Assembly: GCA_030390025.1 (NCBI GenBank)
Contig: CM059431.1
Span: 136,898,001-136,962,000, forward strand
Source of the DNA: Squalus acanthias
Taxonomy: Eukaryota
DNA length: 64,000 bases
Direction: 5' to 3'
Positions within the stretch are counted from its first letter, which is position 1. The number at the start of each line of letters is the position of its first letter. This document shows positions 12,858 to 26,800 of the stretch, piece by piece. The notes below the pieces were generated by a model that saw only the letters and a list, made by a program, of their open reading frames with translations, searched no databases and was not told the origin of the DNA. A program made the position numbers and the translations under genes.

Positions 12858-15514
12858 AACCCGTGGTACTCTGATCTGGCAGAGTGTGGGAACCCGTGGG
12901 ACTGGGAACTGGCAGAGTGTGGGAACCCGTGGGACTGGGAACTGGCAGAGTGTGGGAACCCATGGGACTGGGATCTGGCAGAGTGTGGGAACCCGTGGGA
13001 TTGGGATCTGGCAGAGTGCCGGAACCCGTGTGACTGTGAACCGGCAGAGTGCAGGAATCCGTTGGACTGGGAAGTGCCAGAGTTTGGGAACCCGTGGGAC
13101 AGGGAACTAGCAGAGTTGGGGAACCCGTGGGACTGGGAACTGGCAGAGTGCGGAAACCCGTGAGACTGGGATCTGGCAGAGTGCGGGTACACGTGGGACT
13201 GGAAAATGGCAGAGTGTGGGAACCCGTGGGACTGGGAACTGGCAAGGTGCGGGAACCCGAGGAGTCTGGGATCTGGCAGAGTGCGGGAACCCGTGGGACT
13301 GGGATCTGGCAGAATGTGGAAACCCGTGGTTCTGGGATCTGGCAGAGTGTGGGAACCCGTGGGAGTGGGAACTGGCAGGGTGCGGGAATCCGTGGACTGG
13401 GATCTGACAGAGTGTGGGTACACGTGGGACTGGGAACTGGCAGAGTGTGGGAACCCGTGGTACTGGTATCTGGCAGAGTGTGGAAACCCGTGGGACTGGG
13501 ATCTGGAAGAGTGTTGAAACCCGTGGTTCTGGGATCTGGCAGAGTGTGGGAACACGGGGGACTGGGAACTGGCAGAGTGTGGAAACCCGTGGGAGTGGGA
13601 ACTGGTTGAGTGTGGGATACCGTGGGACAGGGATCTGCCAGAGTGTGGAAAACCGTAGCACTTGGATCGGGCAGAGTGCGGAAACTCATGAGACTGGAAA
13701 CTGGCTGAGAGCGAGAACGCGTAGGACTGGGATCTGGCAGACTGCGGGAACCCGTGAGACTGGGATCTGGCAGAGTGCGGGAACCCGTGCGACTGGGATC
13801 TGGCAGATTGTGGGAACCTCTGGGACTGGGATCTGGCAGAGTGTGGGAACACTTGAGACTGGGATCTGGCAGAGTGCGGAAACCCGTGGGATTGCGAATT
13901 AGCAGAGTGCGGGAACCCGTGGGACTGGATACTGGCAGAGTGTGGGTACCCGTGGGACTGGGAACTGGCAGAGTGCTGGAACCCGCGAGACTGGGATCTG
14001 ACAGAGTGCGGGAACCCGTGGGACTGGAAACTGGCAGAGTGCTGGAACCCGTGGGACTGGGATCTGGCAGAGAGTGGGAACTCATGAGACTGGGATCTGG
14101 CAGAGTGCGTGAACCCGTGGGACTGGGATCAGACAGATTGTGGGAACCCGTGAGACTGGGATCTGACAGATTGTGGGAACCCGTGGGACTGGAAACTGGC
14201 AGAGTGCCGGGAACCCGTGAGACTGGGAACTGGCAGAGTGTGGGAACCCGTGGGACTGGGATCTGGCAGAGTGTGGTAACCCATGGGACTGGGAACTGGC
14301 AGAGTTCGGAAACCCGTGAGACTCTGATCTGGCAGAGTGTGGGAACCCGTGGGACTGGGAACTGGCAGAGTGTGTGAACCCGTGGGACTGTGAACTGGGA
14401 GAGTGCAAGAATCCGTTGGACTGGTAAGTGCCAGAGTTTGCGAACCCGTGGGACTGGGAACTGGCAGAGTGCGGGAACCCTTGGGACTGGGATTTCGCAG
14501 AGTGCGGGAACCCGTGGGACTGGGAACTGGCAGAGTGCGGGAACCCGTGAGACTGGGATCTGACAGAGTGCGGGAACCCGTGGGACTGGAAACTGGCAGA
14601 GAGTGGGAACCCGTGAGACTGGGATCTGGCAGAGAGTGGGAACCCGTGAGACTGGGATCTGGCAGAGTGCAGGAACCCGTGGGACTCGAAATTGGCAGAC
14701 AGTGGGAACCCGTGAGACTGGGATCTGGCAGAGTGCGGGAACCCGTGGGACTGGGATCAGACAGATTGTGGGAACCCGTGGGACTGCAAACTGGCAGAGT
14801 GCAGCTACCTGTAAGACTGGGATTTGACAGAGTGCGGGAACCCGTGGGACTGGGAACTGGCAGGTTGTGGGAACCCATGGGACAGGGATCTGACAGAGTG
14901 TGGGTACACGTGGGACTGGGAACTGGCAGGGTGCGGGAATCCATGGACTGTGATCTGGCAGAGTTTGGGTACACATGGGACTGGGATCTGGCAGAATGCG
15001 GGAACCCGTGGGACTGGAATCTGACAGATTGTGGGAAACCTTGAGACTGGAATCTGTCAGAATGCGTGTATCAGTGGGACTGGGAACTGACAGAGTGTGG
15101 GAACCCGTGGGACTCTGATCGGGCAGAGTGTGGGAACCCGTGAGATTCTGATCTGGCAGAGTGTGGTAACCCGTGAGACTGGGATCAGACAGAGTGCGGG
15201 AACCATTGAGACTGGGATCTGGCAGACTGCGGGAGCCCGTGAGACTGGGATCTGGCCGAGTGCGGAATCCCGTGAGACTGGGATCTGGCAGAGTGCGGCA
15301 ACCCGTGTGACTGTGAACTGGCAGAGTGCAGGAATCCGTTGGACTGGGAAGTGCCAGAGTTTGGGAACCCGTGGGACAGGGAACTAGCAGAGTTGGGGAA
15401 CCCGTGGGACTGGGAACTGGCAGAGTGCGGAAACCCGTGGGAATGGGTTCTGGCAGAGTGTGGGAACCCGTGGGACTGGGATCTGCAGAGTGCGGGAACC
15501 CGTCGGACTGGGAT

Positions 15515-17855
15515 ACATAGATACATAGAAGATAGGAGCAGGAGTAGGCCATCCGGCCCTTCGAGCCTGCTCCGCCATTTAATGAGATCATGGCTGATCC
15601 TCCAATTCAGTATCCCGTCCCCGCCTTCTCTCCGTAACCCTTAACCCCTTTTGCCTGTAGAAATATATCAAATTCCCTCTTAAATATATTTAATGAGCTG
15701 GCGTACACTGCCCTCTGTGGCAATGAGTTCCACAGGTTCACCACCCTCTGAGTGAAGAAATTCCCCCTCATTTCTGTCCTAAATGGTTTAGCCCTTATCC
15801 TTAAATTATGTCCTCTAGTTCTGTTCTCACCCGCCAAGGGAAACATTCCTTCTGCATCTAGTCTGTCTAGACCTGTCAGAATTGTATACACTTCTATGAG
15901 GTCCCCTCTCAATCTTCTAAACACCAGTGTGTACATCCCTAAACTACATAGTCTCTCCTCATAGGTCAATCCCGCCATTCCTGGTATCAGCCTGGTGAAT
16001 CGCCGCTGCACCCCCTCCATGGCAAGAACATCTTTCCTCAGATGAGGCGACCAAAACTGTACACAGTACTCGAGGTGTGGTCTCACCAGTGCCCTGTACA
16101 GCTGCAGCAAGGTATCCCTGTTCCTGTATTCCAACCCTTTTGCTATGAAGGCCAGCATACCGTTTGCCTTCTTGACCGCCTGTTGCACCTGCATGCTCGC
16201 CTTCAATGACTGGTGTACAAGAACACCCAGGTCTCTCCGTACTTCCCCCTCTCCCAATTTATTGCCATTTAAATAATAATTTGCCCTCCCGTTCCTGCAC
16301 CCAAGGTGGATAACTTCGCACTTGTCCACATTATAGTGCATCTGCCATTTATCCGCCCAATCACCCAGTCTGTCCAAATCGCTCTGGAGCTTCCTGGTCT
16401 CCTCCTCTGAGCCCACCCCCCCTCCTAGTTTAGTGTCGTCTGCAAATTTGGAAATGCTGCATCCTACTCCCTGATCCAGGTCATTAATGTAAATTGTGAA
16501 CAGCTGGGGACCCAGTACAGATCCCTGTGGTACCCCACTTGTTTACTGCCTGCCATTCAGAAAATGAGCCGTTTATTCCAACTCTCTGTTTTCTATCTGA
16601 CAGCCAGTTCTCTATCCACGTCAATACTTTCCCCTTTATCCCATGAGCTTCAATTTTCCATGCTAATCTTTTATGTGCGACCTTGTCGAAGGCCTTTTGG
16701 AAGTCCAGGTACACCACATCTACTGGCTCTCCCCCATCTATTTTACCAGTTACTCCCTCAAAAAATTCCAATAGATTAGTCAAGCACGATTTACCCTTTG
16801 TAAATCCATGTTGACTCTGTCCTATCCTGTCCCCATTTGCTAAGTGCTCCGCTATTTCATCCTTAATGATGGACTCCAGCATTTTGCCCACAACTGATGT
16901 AAGGCTTACAGGTCTGTAATTAACTGCTTTTTCCCTACCCCCCTTTTTGAATAGTGGGGTAACGTTAGCTACCCTCCAATCCATGGGCACTGTTCCCGAG
17001 TCTAATGAATTCTGAAAAATCATACTTAGTGCATCCGCTATCTCTAGGGCCACCTCCTTCAGAACCCTAGGATGCATGTTATCAGGCCCTGGGGATTTGT
17101 CCGCCTTCAATCCCTTTAGCTTCCTTAACACCATATCCTTAGAGATATTGATTTGCGTCAGTTCCTCCTTTGCCAATGTCCCTATTTTTCCCGATATCCC
17201 AGGGAGGTTTTTGTGTCTTCCTTCGTAAAGACTGACCCAAAGTATGCATTTAGTTGGTCTGCCATTTCCTTATTTCCCGTTATATATTCCCCCGTATCTG
17301 ACTGCAATGGACCAACTTTGGTTTTCACCAGTCTTTTCCTCTTGATATACTTATAAAAGCTTTTGGAGTTAGTTTTTATATTTTCCGCCAGCTTGCTTTC
17401 GTAAGCTATTTTGCCCCTCTTGATTAAGCCCTTTGTCCTCCTTTGCTCTATCTTAAACTGTTCCCAATCTTCCGCTCTGGCGCTTTTTTTGGCTATTTTA
17501 TACGCCCTATCTTTGGATTTTATGCTGTCTCTAATTTCCCCTGTTATCCACTGTTGAGTCACCTTTTTAGATTTCCTTTTATGCCAGATTGTTATAAACA
17601 ATTTTTGCAACTTTGTCATTCTATCTTTAAATGCTTGCCATTGTTTATCTACCTCCAGTCCTCCCAGGAACGTTGTCCAATCAGACCTACTCAGTTCCCG
17701 TCTAATGGCATCATAATTCCCCTTGTTCAAATTCAGGACCTTAGTCTCTGAGTCAATTTCTTCGCTCTCCATTTCGAGTGAGAAATCGATCATGTTATGA
17801 TCGCTCTGACCCAAGGGTCCCCGTACAACAAGATTACTAATTAGTCCCTTCTCAT
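15515..17855 (-). mobile_element. 5'-truncated CR1 LINE (HER1-like); ORF2 broken by two 1-bp indels
   Basis: ORF pieces contain SDHNMI, KSPGPD, NYRPVSLTS, YLDFQKAFDKV and LVRPHLEYC. (TATGTATC)n tail. Inserted between GGGAT and CTAGC of the satellite; empty sites near 21870 and 24245. Confidence 0.96.
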
Positions 17856-20800
17856 CTAGCAGGGTGTGGGAACCCGTGAGACTAGGATCTGGCAGAGGGC
17901 CTGAACCCGTGAGACTGGGAACTTGCAGAGTGCGGGAACCCGTGTGACAGGGAACTGCCAGAGTGCGGGAACCCGTGAGACTGGGAACTGGCAGAGCGCG
18001 GGAATCCGTGAGACTGGTATCTGCCAGAGAGTGGGAACCCGTGAGACTGGGATCTGGCAGAGTGTGGGAACCCGTGGGACTGTGAACTGGCAGAGTGCAG
18101 GAATCCGTGGGACTGGGAACTGGCAGAGTGTTGGAACCGGTGGGACTGGTAACTGGCAGAGTGCGGGAACCCGTGAGAATGGGATCTGGCAGAGTGCCTG
18201 AACCCGTGAGATTGGTATCTGGCAGAGTGTGGGAACCCGTGGGACTGGAATCTGACAGATTGTGCGAAACCTTGAGACTGGAATCTCTCAGAATGCGTGT
18301 ACCAGTGGGACTGGGAACTGACAGAGTGTGGGAACCCGTGGTACTCTGATCTGGCAGAGTGTGGGAACCCGTGGGACTGGGAACTGGCAGAGTGTGGGAA
18401 CCCGTGGTACTGGGAACTGGCAGAGTGTGGGAACCTTTGGGACTGGGATCTGGCAGAGTGTGGGAACCCGTGGGATTGGGATCTGGCAGAGTGCCGGAAC
18501 CCGTGGGACTGTGAACTGGCAGAGTGCAGGAATCCGTTGGACTGGGAAGTGCCAGAGTTTGGGAACCCGTGGGACAGGGAACTGGCAGAGTTGGGGAACC
18601 CGTGGGACTGGGAACTGGCAGAGTGCGGAAACCCGTGAGACTGGGATCTGGCAGAGTGCGGGTACACGTGGGACTGGAAAATGGCAGAGTGTGGGAACCC
18701 GTGGGACTGGGAACTGTCAAGGTGCGGGAACCCGAGGAGTCTGGGATCTGGCAGAGTGCGGGAACCCGTGGGACTGGGATCTGGCAGAATGTGGAAACCC
18801 GTGGTTCTGGGATCTGGCAGAGTGTGGGAACCCGTGGGACTGGGAACTGGCAGGGTGCGGGAATCCGTGGACTGGGATCTGACAGAGTGTGGGTACACGT
18901 GGGACTGGGAACTGGCAGAGTGTGGAAACCCGTGGGACTGGGAACTGGTTGAGTGTGAGAAACCGTGGGACAGGGATCTGCCAGAGTGTGGAAAACCGTA
19001 GCACTTGGATCGGGCAGAGTGCGGAAACTCATGAGACTGGAAACTGGCTGAGAGCGGTAACACGTAGGACTGGGATCTGGCAGACTGCGAGAACCCGTGA
19101 GACTGCGATCTGGCAGATTGTGGGAAACTGTGGGACTGGGATCTGGCAGAGTCTGTGAACACTTGAGACTGGGATCTGGCAGAGTGCGGAAACCCGTGGG
19201 ATTGCAAATTAGCAGAGTGCGGAAAACCGTGGGACTGCGAACTGGCAGAGTGCAGTAATCCGTTGGACTGGGAAGTGCCAGAGGTTGGGAACCCGTGGGA
19301 CAGGGAAGTGCCAGAGTGTGGGAAACCGTGGGACTGGGAACTGGCAGAGTGCGGGAACCCGTGGGACTGGGAAATGGCAGAGTGCGGGAACCCGTGGGAC
19401 TGGGAACTGGCAGAGTGCTGGAACCCGTGAGACTGGGATCTGACAGAGTGCGGTAACCCGTTGGACTGGATACTGGCAGAGTGTGGGTACCCGTGGGACT
19501 GGGAACTGGCAGAGTGCTGGAACCCGCGAGACTGGGATCTGACAGTGTGCGGGAACCCGTGGGACTGGAAACTGGCAGAGTGCTGGAACCCGTGGGACTG
19601 GGATCTGGCAGAGAGTGGGAACTCATGAGACTGGGATCTGGTAGAGTGCGTGAACCCGTGGGACTGGGATTAGACAGATTGTGGGAACCCGTGAGACTGG
19701 GATCTGACAGATTGTGGGAACCCGTGGGACTGGAAACTGGCAGAGTGCCGGGAACCCGTGAGACTGGGAACTGGCAGAGTGTGGGAACCCGTGGGACTGG
19801 GATCTGGCAGAGTGTGGTAACCTGTGGGACTGGGAACTGGCAGAGTTCGGAAACCCGTGAGACTGGGATCTGGCAGATTGTGGGAAACTGTGGGACTGGG
19901 ATCTGGCATAGTGTGGGAACACTTGAGACTGGGATCTGGCAGAGTGCGGAAACCCGTGGGATTGAAAATTAGCAGAGTGCGGAAAACCGTGGGACTGCGA
20001 ACTGGCAGAGTGCAGTAATCCGTTGGACTGGGAAGTGCCAGGAGGTTGGGAACCCGTGGGACAGGGAAGTGCCAGAGTGTGGGAAACCGTGGGACTGGGA
20101 ACTGGCAGAGTGCGGGAACCCGTGGGACTGGGAAATGGCAGAGTGCTGGAACCCGTGAGACTGGGATCTGACAGAGTGCGGTAACCCGTTGGACTGGATA
20201 CTGGCAGAGTGTGGGTACCCGTGGGACTGGGAACTGGCAGAGTGCTGGAACCCGCGAGACTGGGATCTGACAGTGTGCGGGAACCCGTGGGACTGGAAAC
20301 TGGCAGAGTGCTGGAACCCGTGGGACTGGGATCTGGCAGAGAGTGGGAACTCATGAGACTGGGATCTGGTAGAGTGCGTGAACCCGTGGGACTGGGATTA
20401 GACAGATTGTGGGAACCCGTGAGACTGGGATCTGACAGATTGTGGGAACCCGTGGGACTGGAAACTGGCAGAGTGCCGGGAACCCGTGAGACTGGGAACT
20501 GGCAGAGTGTGGGAACCCGTGGGACTGGGATCTGGCAGAGTGTGGTAACCCGTGGGACTGGGAACTGGCAGAGTTCGGAAACCCGTGAGACTCTGATCTG
20601 GCAGAGTGTGGGAACCCGTGGGACTGGGAACTGGCAGAGTGTGTGAACCCGTGGGACTGTGAACTGGCAGAGTGCAGGAATCCGTTGGACTGGTAAGTGC
20701 CAGAGTTTGCGAACCCGTGGGACTGGGAACTGGCAGAGTGCGGGACCCTTGGGACTGGGATTTAGCAGAGTGCGGGAACCCGTGGGACTGAGAACTGGCA

Positions 20801-23800
20801 GAGTGCTGGAACCCGTGAGACTGGGATCTGACAGAGTGCGGGAACCCGTGGGACTGGAAACTTGCAGAGAGTGGGAACCTGTGAGACTGGGATCTGGCAG
20901 AGAGTGGGAACCCGTGAGACTGGGATCTGGCAGAGTGCAGGAACCCATGTGACTCGAAACTGGCAGACAGTGGGAACCCGTGATACTGGGATCTGGCAGA
21001 GTGCGGGAACCCGTGGGACTGGGATCAGACAGATTGTGGGAACCCATGAGACTGGGATTTGACAGATTGTGATAACCCGTGGACTGGAAACTGGCAGAGT
21101 GCAGCTACCTGTAAGACTGGGATTTGACAGAGTGCGGGAACCCGTGGGACTGGGAACTGGCAGGTTGTGGGAACCCGTGGGACAGGGATCTGACAGAGTG
21201 TGGGTACACGTGGGACTGGGAACTGGCAGGGTGCGGGTATCCGTGGACTGTGATCTGGCAGAGTTTGGGTACACGTGGGACTGGGATCTGGCAGAATGCG
21301 GGAAACCGTGGGACTGGAATCTGACAGATTGTGGGAAACCTTGAGACTGGAATCTGTCAGAATGCGTGTATCAGTGGGACTGGGAACTGACAGAGTGTGG
21401 GAACCCGTGGGACTCTGATCGGGCAGAGTGTGGGAACCCGTGAGATTCTGATCTGGCAGAGTGTGGGAACCCGTGTGACTGGGAACTGGCAGAGTGTGGG
21501 AAGCCGTGGGATTGGGATCTGGCAGAGTGTGGTAACCCGTGAGACTGGGATCAGACAGAGTGCGGGAACCGGTGAGACTGGGATCTGGAAGACTGCGGGA
21601 GCCCGTGAGACTGGGATCTGGCCGAGTGCGGAATCCCGTGAGACTGGGATCTGGCAGAGTGCGGCAGCCCGTGGGACTGGGATCTGACAGAGTGTGGGAA
21701 CCCGTGAGACTGGGTACTGGCAGATTGCGGGAACCCGTGGTACTGGGATCCGGCAGAGTGCGGATTCCCGTGTGACTGGGAACTGACAGAGAGCGGGAAC
21801 CCGTGGGAATGGGTTCTGGCAGAGTGTGGGAGCCCGTGGGACTGGAATCTGCAGAGTGCGGGAACCCGTCGGACTGGGATCTAGCAGGGTGTGGGAACCC
21901 GTGGGACAGGGAACTGCCAGAGTGCGGGTACCCGTGAGACTGGGAACTGGCAGAGCGCGGGTACCCGTGAGACTGGGAACTGGCAGAGCGCGGGAATCCG
22001 TGAGACTGGTATCTGCCAGAGAGTGGGAACCCGTGAGACTGGGATCTGGCAGAGTGTGGGAACCCGTGGGACTGTGAACTGGCAGAGTGCAGGAATCCGT
22101 GGGACTGGGAACTGGCAGAGTGTTGGAACCGGTGGGACTGGTAACTGGGAGAGTGCGGGAACCCGTGAGAATGGGATCTGGCAGAGTGCCTGAACACGTG
22201 AGACTGGTATCTGTCAGAGTGTGGGAACCCGTGGGACTGGGATCTGGCAGAGAGTGGGAACCCGTGAGACTGGGAACTGGCAGACTGCTGGAAGCCGTGA
22301 GACTGGGAACTAGCAGAGCGCAGAAATCCGTGAGACTGGTATCTGGCAGGGAGTGGGAACCCGTGAGACTGGGATCTGGCAGAGCGCCTGAACCCGTGAG
22401 ACTGGGAACTGGCAGAGTGTGGGAAGCCATGGGACTGGGATCTTGCAGAGAGTGGGAACCCGTGAGACTGGGAACGAGCAGAGTGCGGGAACCCGTGAGA
22501 CTGGGAACTGGCAGAGCGCGGGAATCTGTGAGACTGGTATCTGGCAGAGTGCAGGTATCCGTGGGACTGGGATCTGGCAGGGTGCGGGAATCCGTGAGAC
22601 TGGGATCTGACAGAATGCGGGAACCCGTGGGACTGGGATCTGGCAGAGTGCAGGTATCCGTGGGACTGGGATCTGGCAGGGTGCGGGATCCGTCAGACTG
22701 GGATCTGACAGAATGCGGGAAACCGTGGGACTGGAAACTGGCAGAGTGCTGTAACCCGTGGAGCTGGGATCTGGCAGAGAGTGGGAACTCATTAGACTGG
22801 GATCTGGCAGAGTGCGGGAACCCGTGGGACTGGGATCAGACAGATTGTGGGAACCCGTGAGACTGGGATCTGACTGATTGTGGGAACCCGTGGGACTGGA
22901 AACTGGCAGAGTGCCGGGAACCCGTGAGACTGGGAACTGGCAGAGTGTGGGAACCCGTGGGACTGGTATATGGCAGAGTGTGATAACCCGTGGGACTGGG
23001 AACTGGCAGAGTTCGGAAACCCGTGAGACTCTGATCTGGCAGAGTGTGGGAACCCGTGGGACTGGGAACTGGCAGAGTGTGTGAACCCGTGGGACTGTGA
23101 ACTGGCAGAGTGCAGGAATCCGTTGGACTGGGAAGTGCCAGAGTTTGCGAACCCGTGGGACTGGGAACTGGCAGAGTGCGGGAGCCCTTGGGACTGGGAT
23201 TTAGCAGAGTGCGGGAACACGTGGGACCTGGAACTGGCAGAGTGCTGGAACCCGTGATACTGGGATCTGACAGAGTGCGGGAACCCGTGGGACTGGAAAC
23301 TGGCAGAGAGTGGGAACCCGTGAGACTGGGATCTGGTCGAGAGTGCTGGAACCCGTGATACTGGGATCTGACAGAGTGCGGGAACCCGTGGGACTGGAAA
23401 CTGGCAGACAGTGGGAACCCGTGAGACTGGGATCTGGCAGAGTGCGGGAACCCGTGGGAATGGAAACTGGCAGAGTGCAGCTACCTGTAAGACTGGGATT
23501 TGACAGAGAGCGGGAACCCGTGGGACTGGGAACTGGCAGGTTGCGGCAACCCGTGGGACAGGGATCTGACAGAGTGTTGGTACACGTGGGACTGGGAACT
23601 GGCAGGGTGTGGGAATCCGTGGACTGTGATCTGACAGAGTGCGGGTACACGTGGGACTGGGATCTGGCAGAGTGCGAGAACCCGTGGGACTGGAATCTGA
23701 CAGATTGTGGGAAACCTTGAGACTGGAATCTCTCAGAATGCTTGTACCAGTGGGACTGGGAACTGGCAGAGTGTGGGAACCCGTGGGACTCTGATCGGGC

Positions 23801-26800
23801 AGAGTGTGGGAACCCGTGAGATTCTGATCTGGCAGAGTGTGGGAACCCATGTCACTGGGAACTGGCAGAGTGTGGGAAGCCGTGGGACTGGGATCTGGCA
23901 GAGTGTGCTAACCGTGAGACTGGGATCAGACAGAGTGCGGGAACCGGTGAGACTGGGATCTGGCAGACTGCGGGAGCCCGTGAGACTGGGATCTGGCCGA
24001 GTGCGGAATCCCGTGAGACTGGGATCTGGCAGAGTGCGGCAACCCATGGGACTGGGATCTGACAGAGCGTGGGAACCTGTGAGACTGGGTACTGGCAGAT
24101 TGCGGGAACCCGTGGGACTGGGATCCGGCAGAGTGCTGAATCCCGTGGGACTGGGAACTGACAGAGAGCGGGACCCCGTGGGAATGGGTTCTGACAGAGT
24201 GTGTGAAGCCGTGGGACTTGGATCTGCAGAGTGCGGGAACCCGTCGGACTGGGATCTAGCAGGGTGTGGGAACCCGTGAGACTGGGATCTGGCAGAGTGC
24301 CTGAAGCCGTGAGACTGGGAACTTGCAGAGTGTGGGAACCCATGGGACAGGGAACTGCCAGAGTGCGGGAACCCGTGAGACAGGGAACTGGCAGAGCGCG
24401 GGAATCCGTGAGACTGGTATCTGCCAGAGAGTGGGAACCCATGAGACTGGGATCTGGCAGAGTGTGGGAACCCGTGGGACTGGTATCTGCCAGAGAGTGG
24501 GAACCCATGAGACTGGGATCTGGCAGAGTGTGGGAACCCGTGGGACTGTGAACTAGCAGAGTGCAGGAATCCGTGGGACTGGGAACTGGCAGAGTGTGGG
24601 AACCCGTGGGACTGGGATCTGGCAGAGAGTGGGAACCCGTGAGACTGGGAACTAGCAGAGTGCGGGAACCCGTGAGACTGGGAACTGGCAGAAAGTGGGA
24701 AGCCGTGAGTCTGGGAACTGACAGAGCGCGGGAATCCGTGGGACTGGGAACTGGCAGAGTGTGGGAATCCGTGGGACAGGGATCTTCCAGAGTGTGGAAA
24801 CCCAAGGACTGGGATCTGGCAGAGTGTGGGCACCCGTGGGACTGGGAGCTGGCAGAGTGCGGGAATCCGTGGGACAGGGATCTGACAGAGTGTGGAAAAC
24901 CGTGGGATTGGGGTCTGGCAGAGTGTGGGTACCCGTGAGACTGGTATCTGACAGAGTGCGGAATCCCGTGAGACTGGGATCTGGCAGAGTGCGGCAACCC
25001 GTGGGACTGGGATCTGACAGAGTGTGGGAACCCGTGAGACTGGGATCTGGCAGATTGCGGGAACGCGTTGGACTGGGAACTGGCTGAGTGTGGGAACACG
25101 TGAGACTGGGTACTGACAGATTGCGGGAACCCGTGGGACTGGGATCGGCAGAGTGCGGAATCCCGTGGGACTGGGAACTGACAGAGAACGGGAACCCGTG
25201 GGAATGAATTCTGGCAGAGTGTGGGAACCCGTGGGACTGGGATCTGCAGAGTGCGGGAACCCGTCCGACTGGGATCTAGCAGGGTGTGGGAACCCGTGAG
25301 ACTGGGATCTGGCAGAGTGCCTGAACCCGTGAGACTGGGAACTTGCAGAGTGCGGAAACCCGTGGGACTGGGAACTGGCAGAGTGCAGGAATCCGTTGGA
25401 CTGGGAAGTGCCAGAGAGCGGGAACCCGTGGGAATGGGTTCTGGCAGAGTGTTGTACACGTGGGACTGGGATCTGGCAGGGTGCGGGAATCCAAGGACTG
25501 GGACCTGACAGAATGTGGGTACACATGGGACTGGGATCTGGCAGAGTGCGGGAAACCGTGGGACTGGAATCTGACAGATTGTGGGAACCCTTGAGACTGG
25601 AATCTGTCAGAATGCGTGTACCAGTGGGACTGGAAACTGGCAGAGTATGGGAATCCGTGGGACTCTGATCTGGCAGAGTGTGGGAACCAGTGGGACGGGG
25701 AACTGGCAGAGTGTGGTAACCCGTGGGACTGGGAACTGGCAGAGTGGGGAACTCGTGGGACTGGGATCTGGCAGAGTGTGGTAACTCGTGGGACTGGGAA
25801 CTGGCAGAGTGGGGGAACCCGTGGGACTGGGAACTGGCAGAGTGGGGGAACCCGTGGGACTCTGATCGGGCAGAGTGTGGGAACCCGTGAGATTCTGACC
25901 TGGCAGAGTGTGGGAACCCGTGAGATTCTGATCTGGCAGAGTGTGGGAACCCGTGTGACTGGGAACTGGCAGAGTGCGGGAGCCCTTGGGACTGGTATAT
26001 GGCAGAGTGTGATAACCCGTGGGACTGGGAACTGGCAGAGTTCGGAAACCCGTGAGACTCTGATCTAGCAGAGTGTGGGAACCCGTGGGACTGGGAACTG
26101 GCAGAATGCGTGTACCAGTGGGACTGGGAACTGGCAGAGTGTGGGAACCCGTGGGACTCTGATCGGGCAGAGTGTGGGAACCCGTGAGATTCTGATCTGG
26201 CAGAGTGTGGGAACCCGTGTGACTGGGAACTGGCAGAGTGTGGGAAGCCGCGGGACTGGGATCTGGCAGAGTGTGCTAACCGTGAGACTGGGATCAGACA
26301 GAGTGCGGGAACCGGTGAGACTGGGATCTGGCAGACTGCGGGAGCCCGTGAGACTGGGATCTGGCCGAGTGCGGAATCCCGTGAGACTGGGATCTGGCAG
26401 AGTGCGGCAACCCGTGGGAGTGGGATCTGACAGAGTGCGGGAACCTGTGAGACTGGGATCTGACAGTGTGCGGGAACCCGTGGGACTGGAAACTGGCAGA
26501 GTGCTGGAACCCGTGGGACTGGGATCTGGCAGAGTGCTGGAACCCGCGAGACTGGGATCTGACAGTGTGCGGGAACCCGTGGGACTGGAAACTGGCAGAG
26601 TGCTGGAACCCGTGGGACTGGGATCTGGCAGAGAGTGGGAACTCATGAGACTGGGATCTGGTAGAGTGCGTGAACCCGTGGGACTGGGATTAGACAGATT
26701 GTGGGAACCCGTGAGACTGGGATCTGACAGATTGTGGGAACCCGTGGGACTGGAAACTGGCAGAGTGCCGGGAACCCGTGAGACTGGGAACTGGCAGAGT

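Noticed and set aside
17182..19626. 814-aa satellite-CR1 fusion ORF
   Set aside because: Chance in-frame junction between stop-free repeat and a truncated LINE; it ends at a frameshift.
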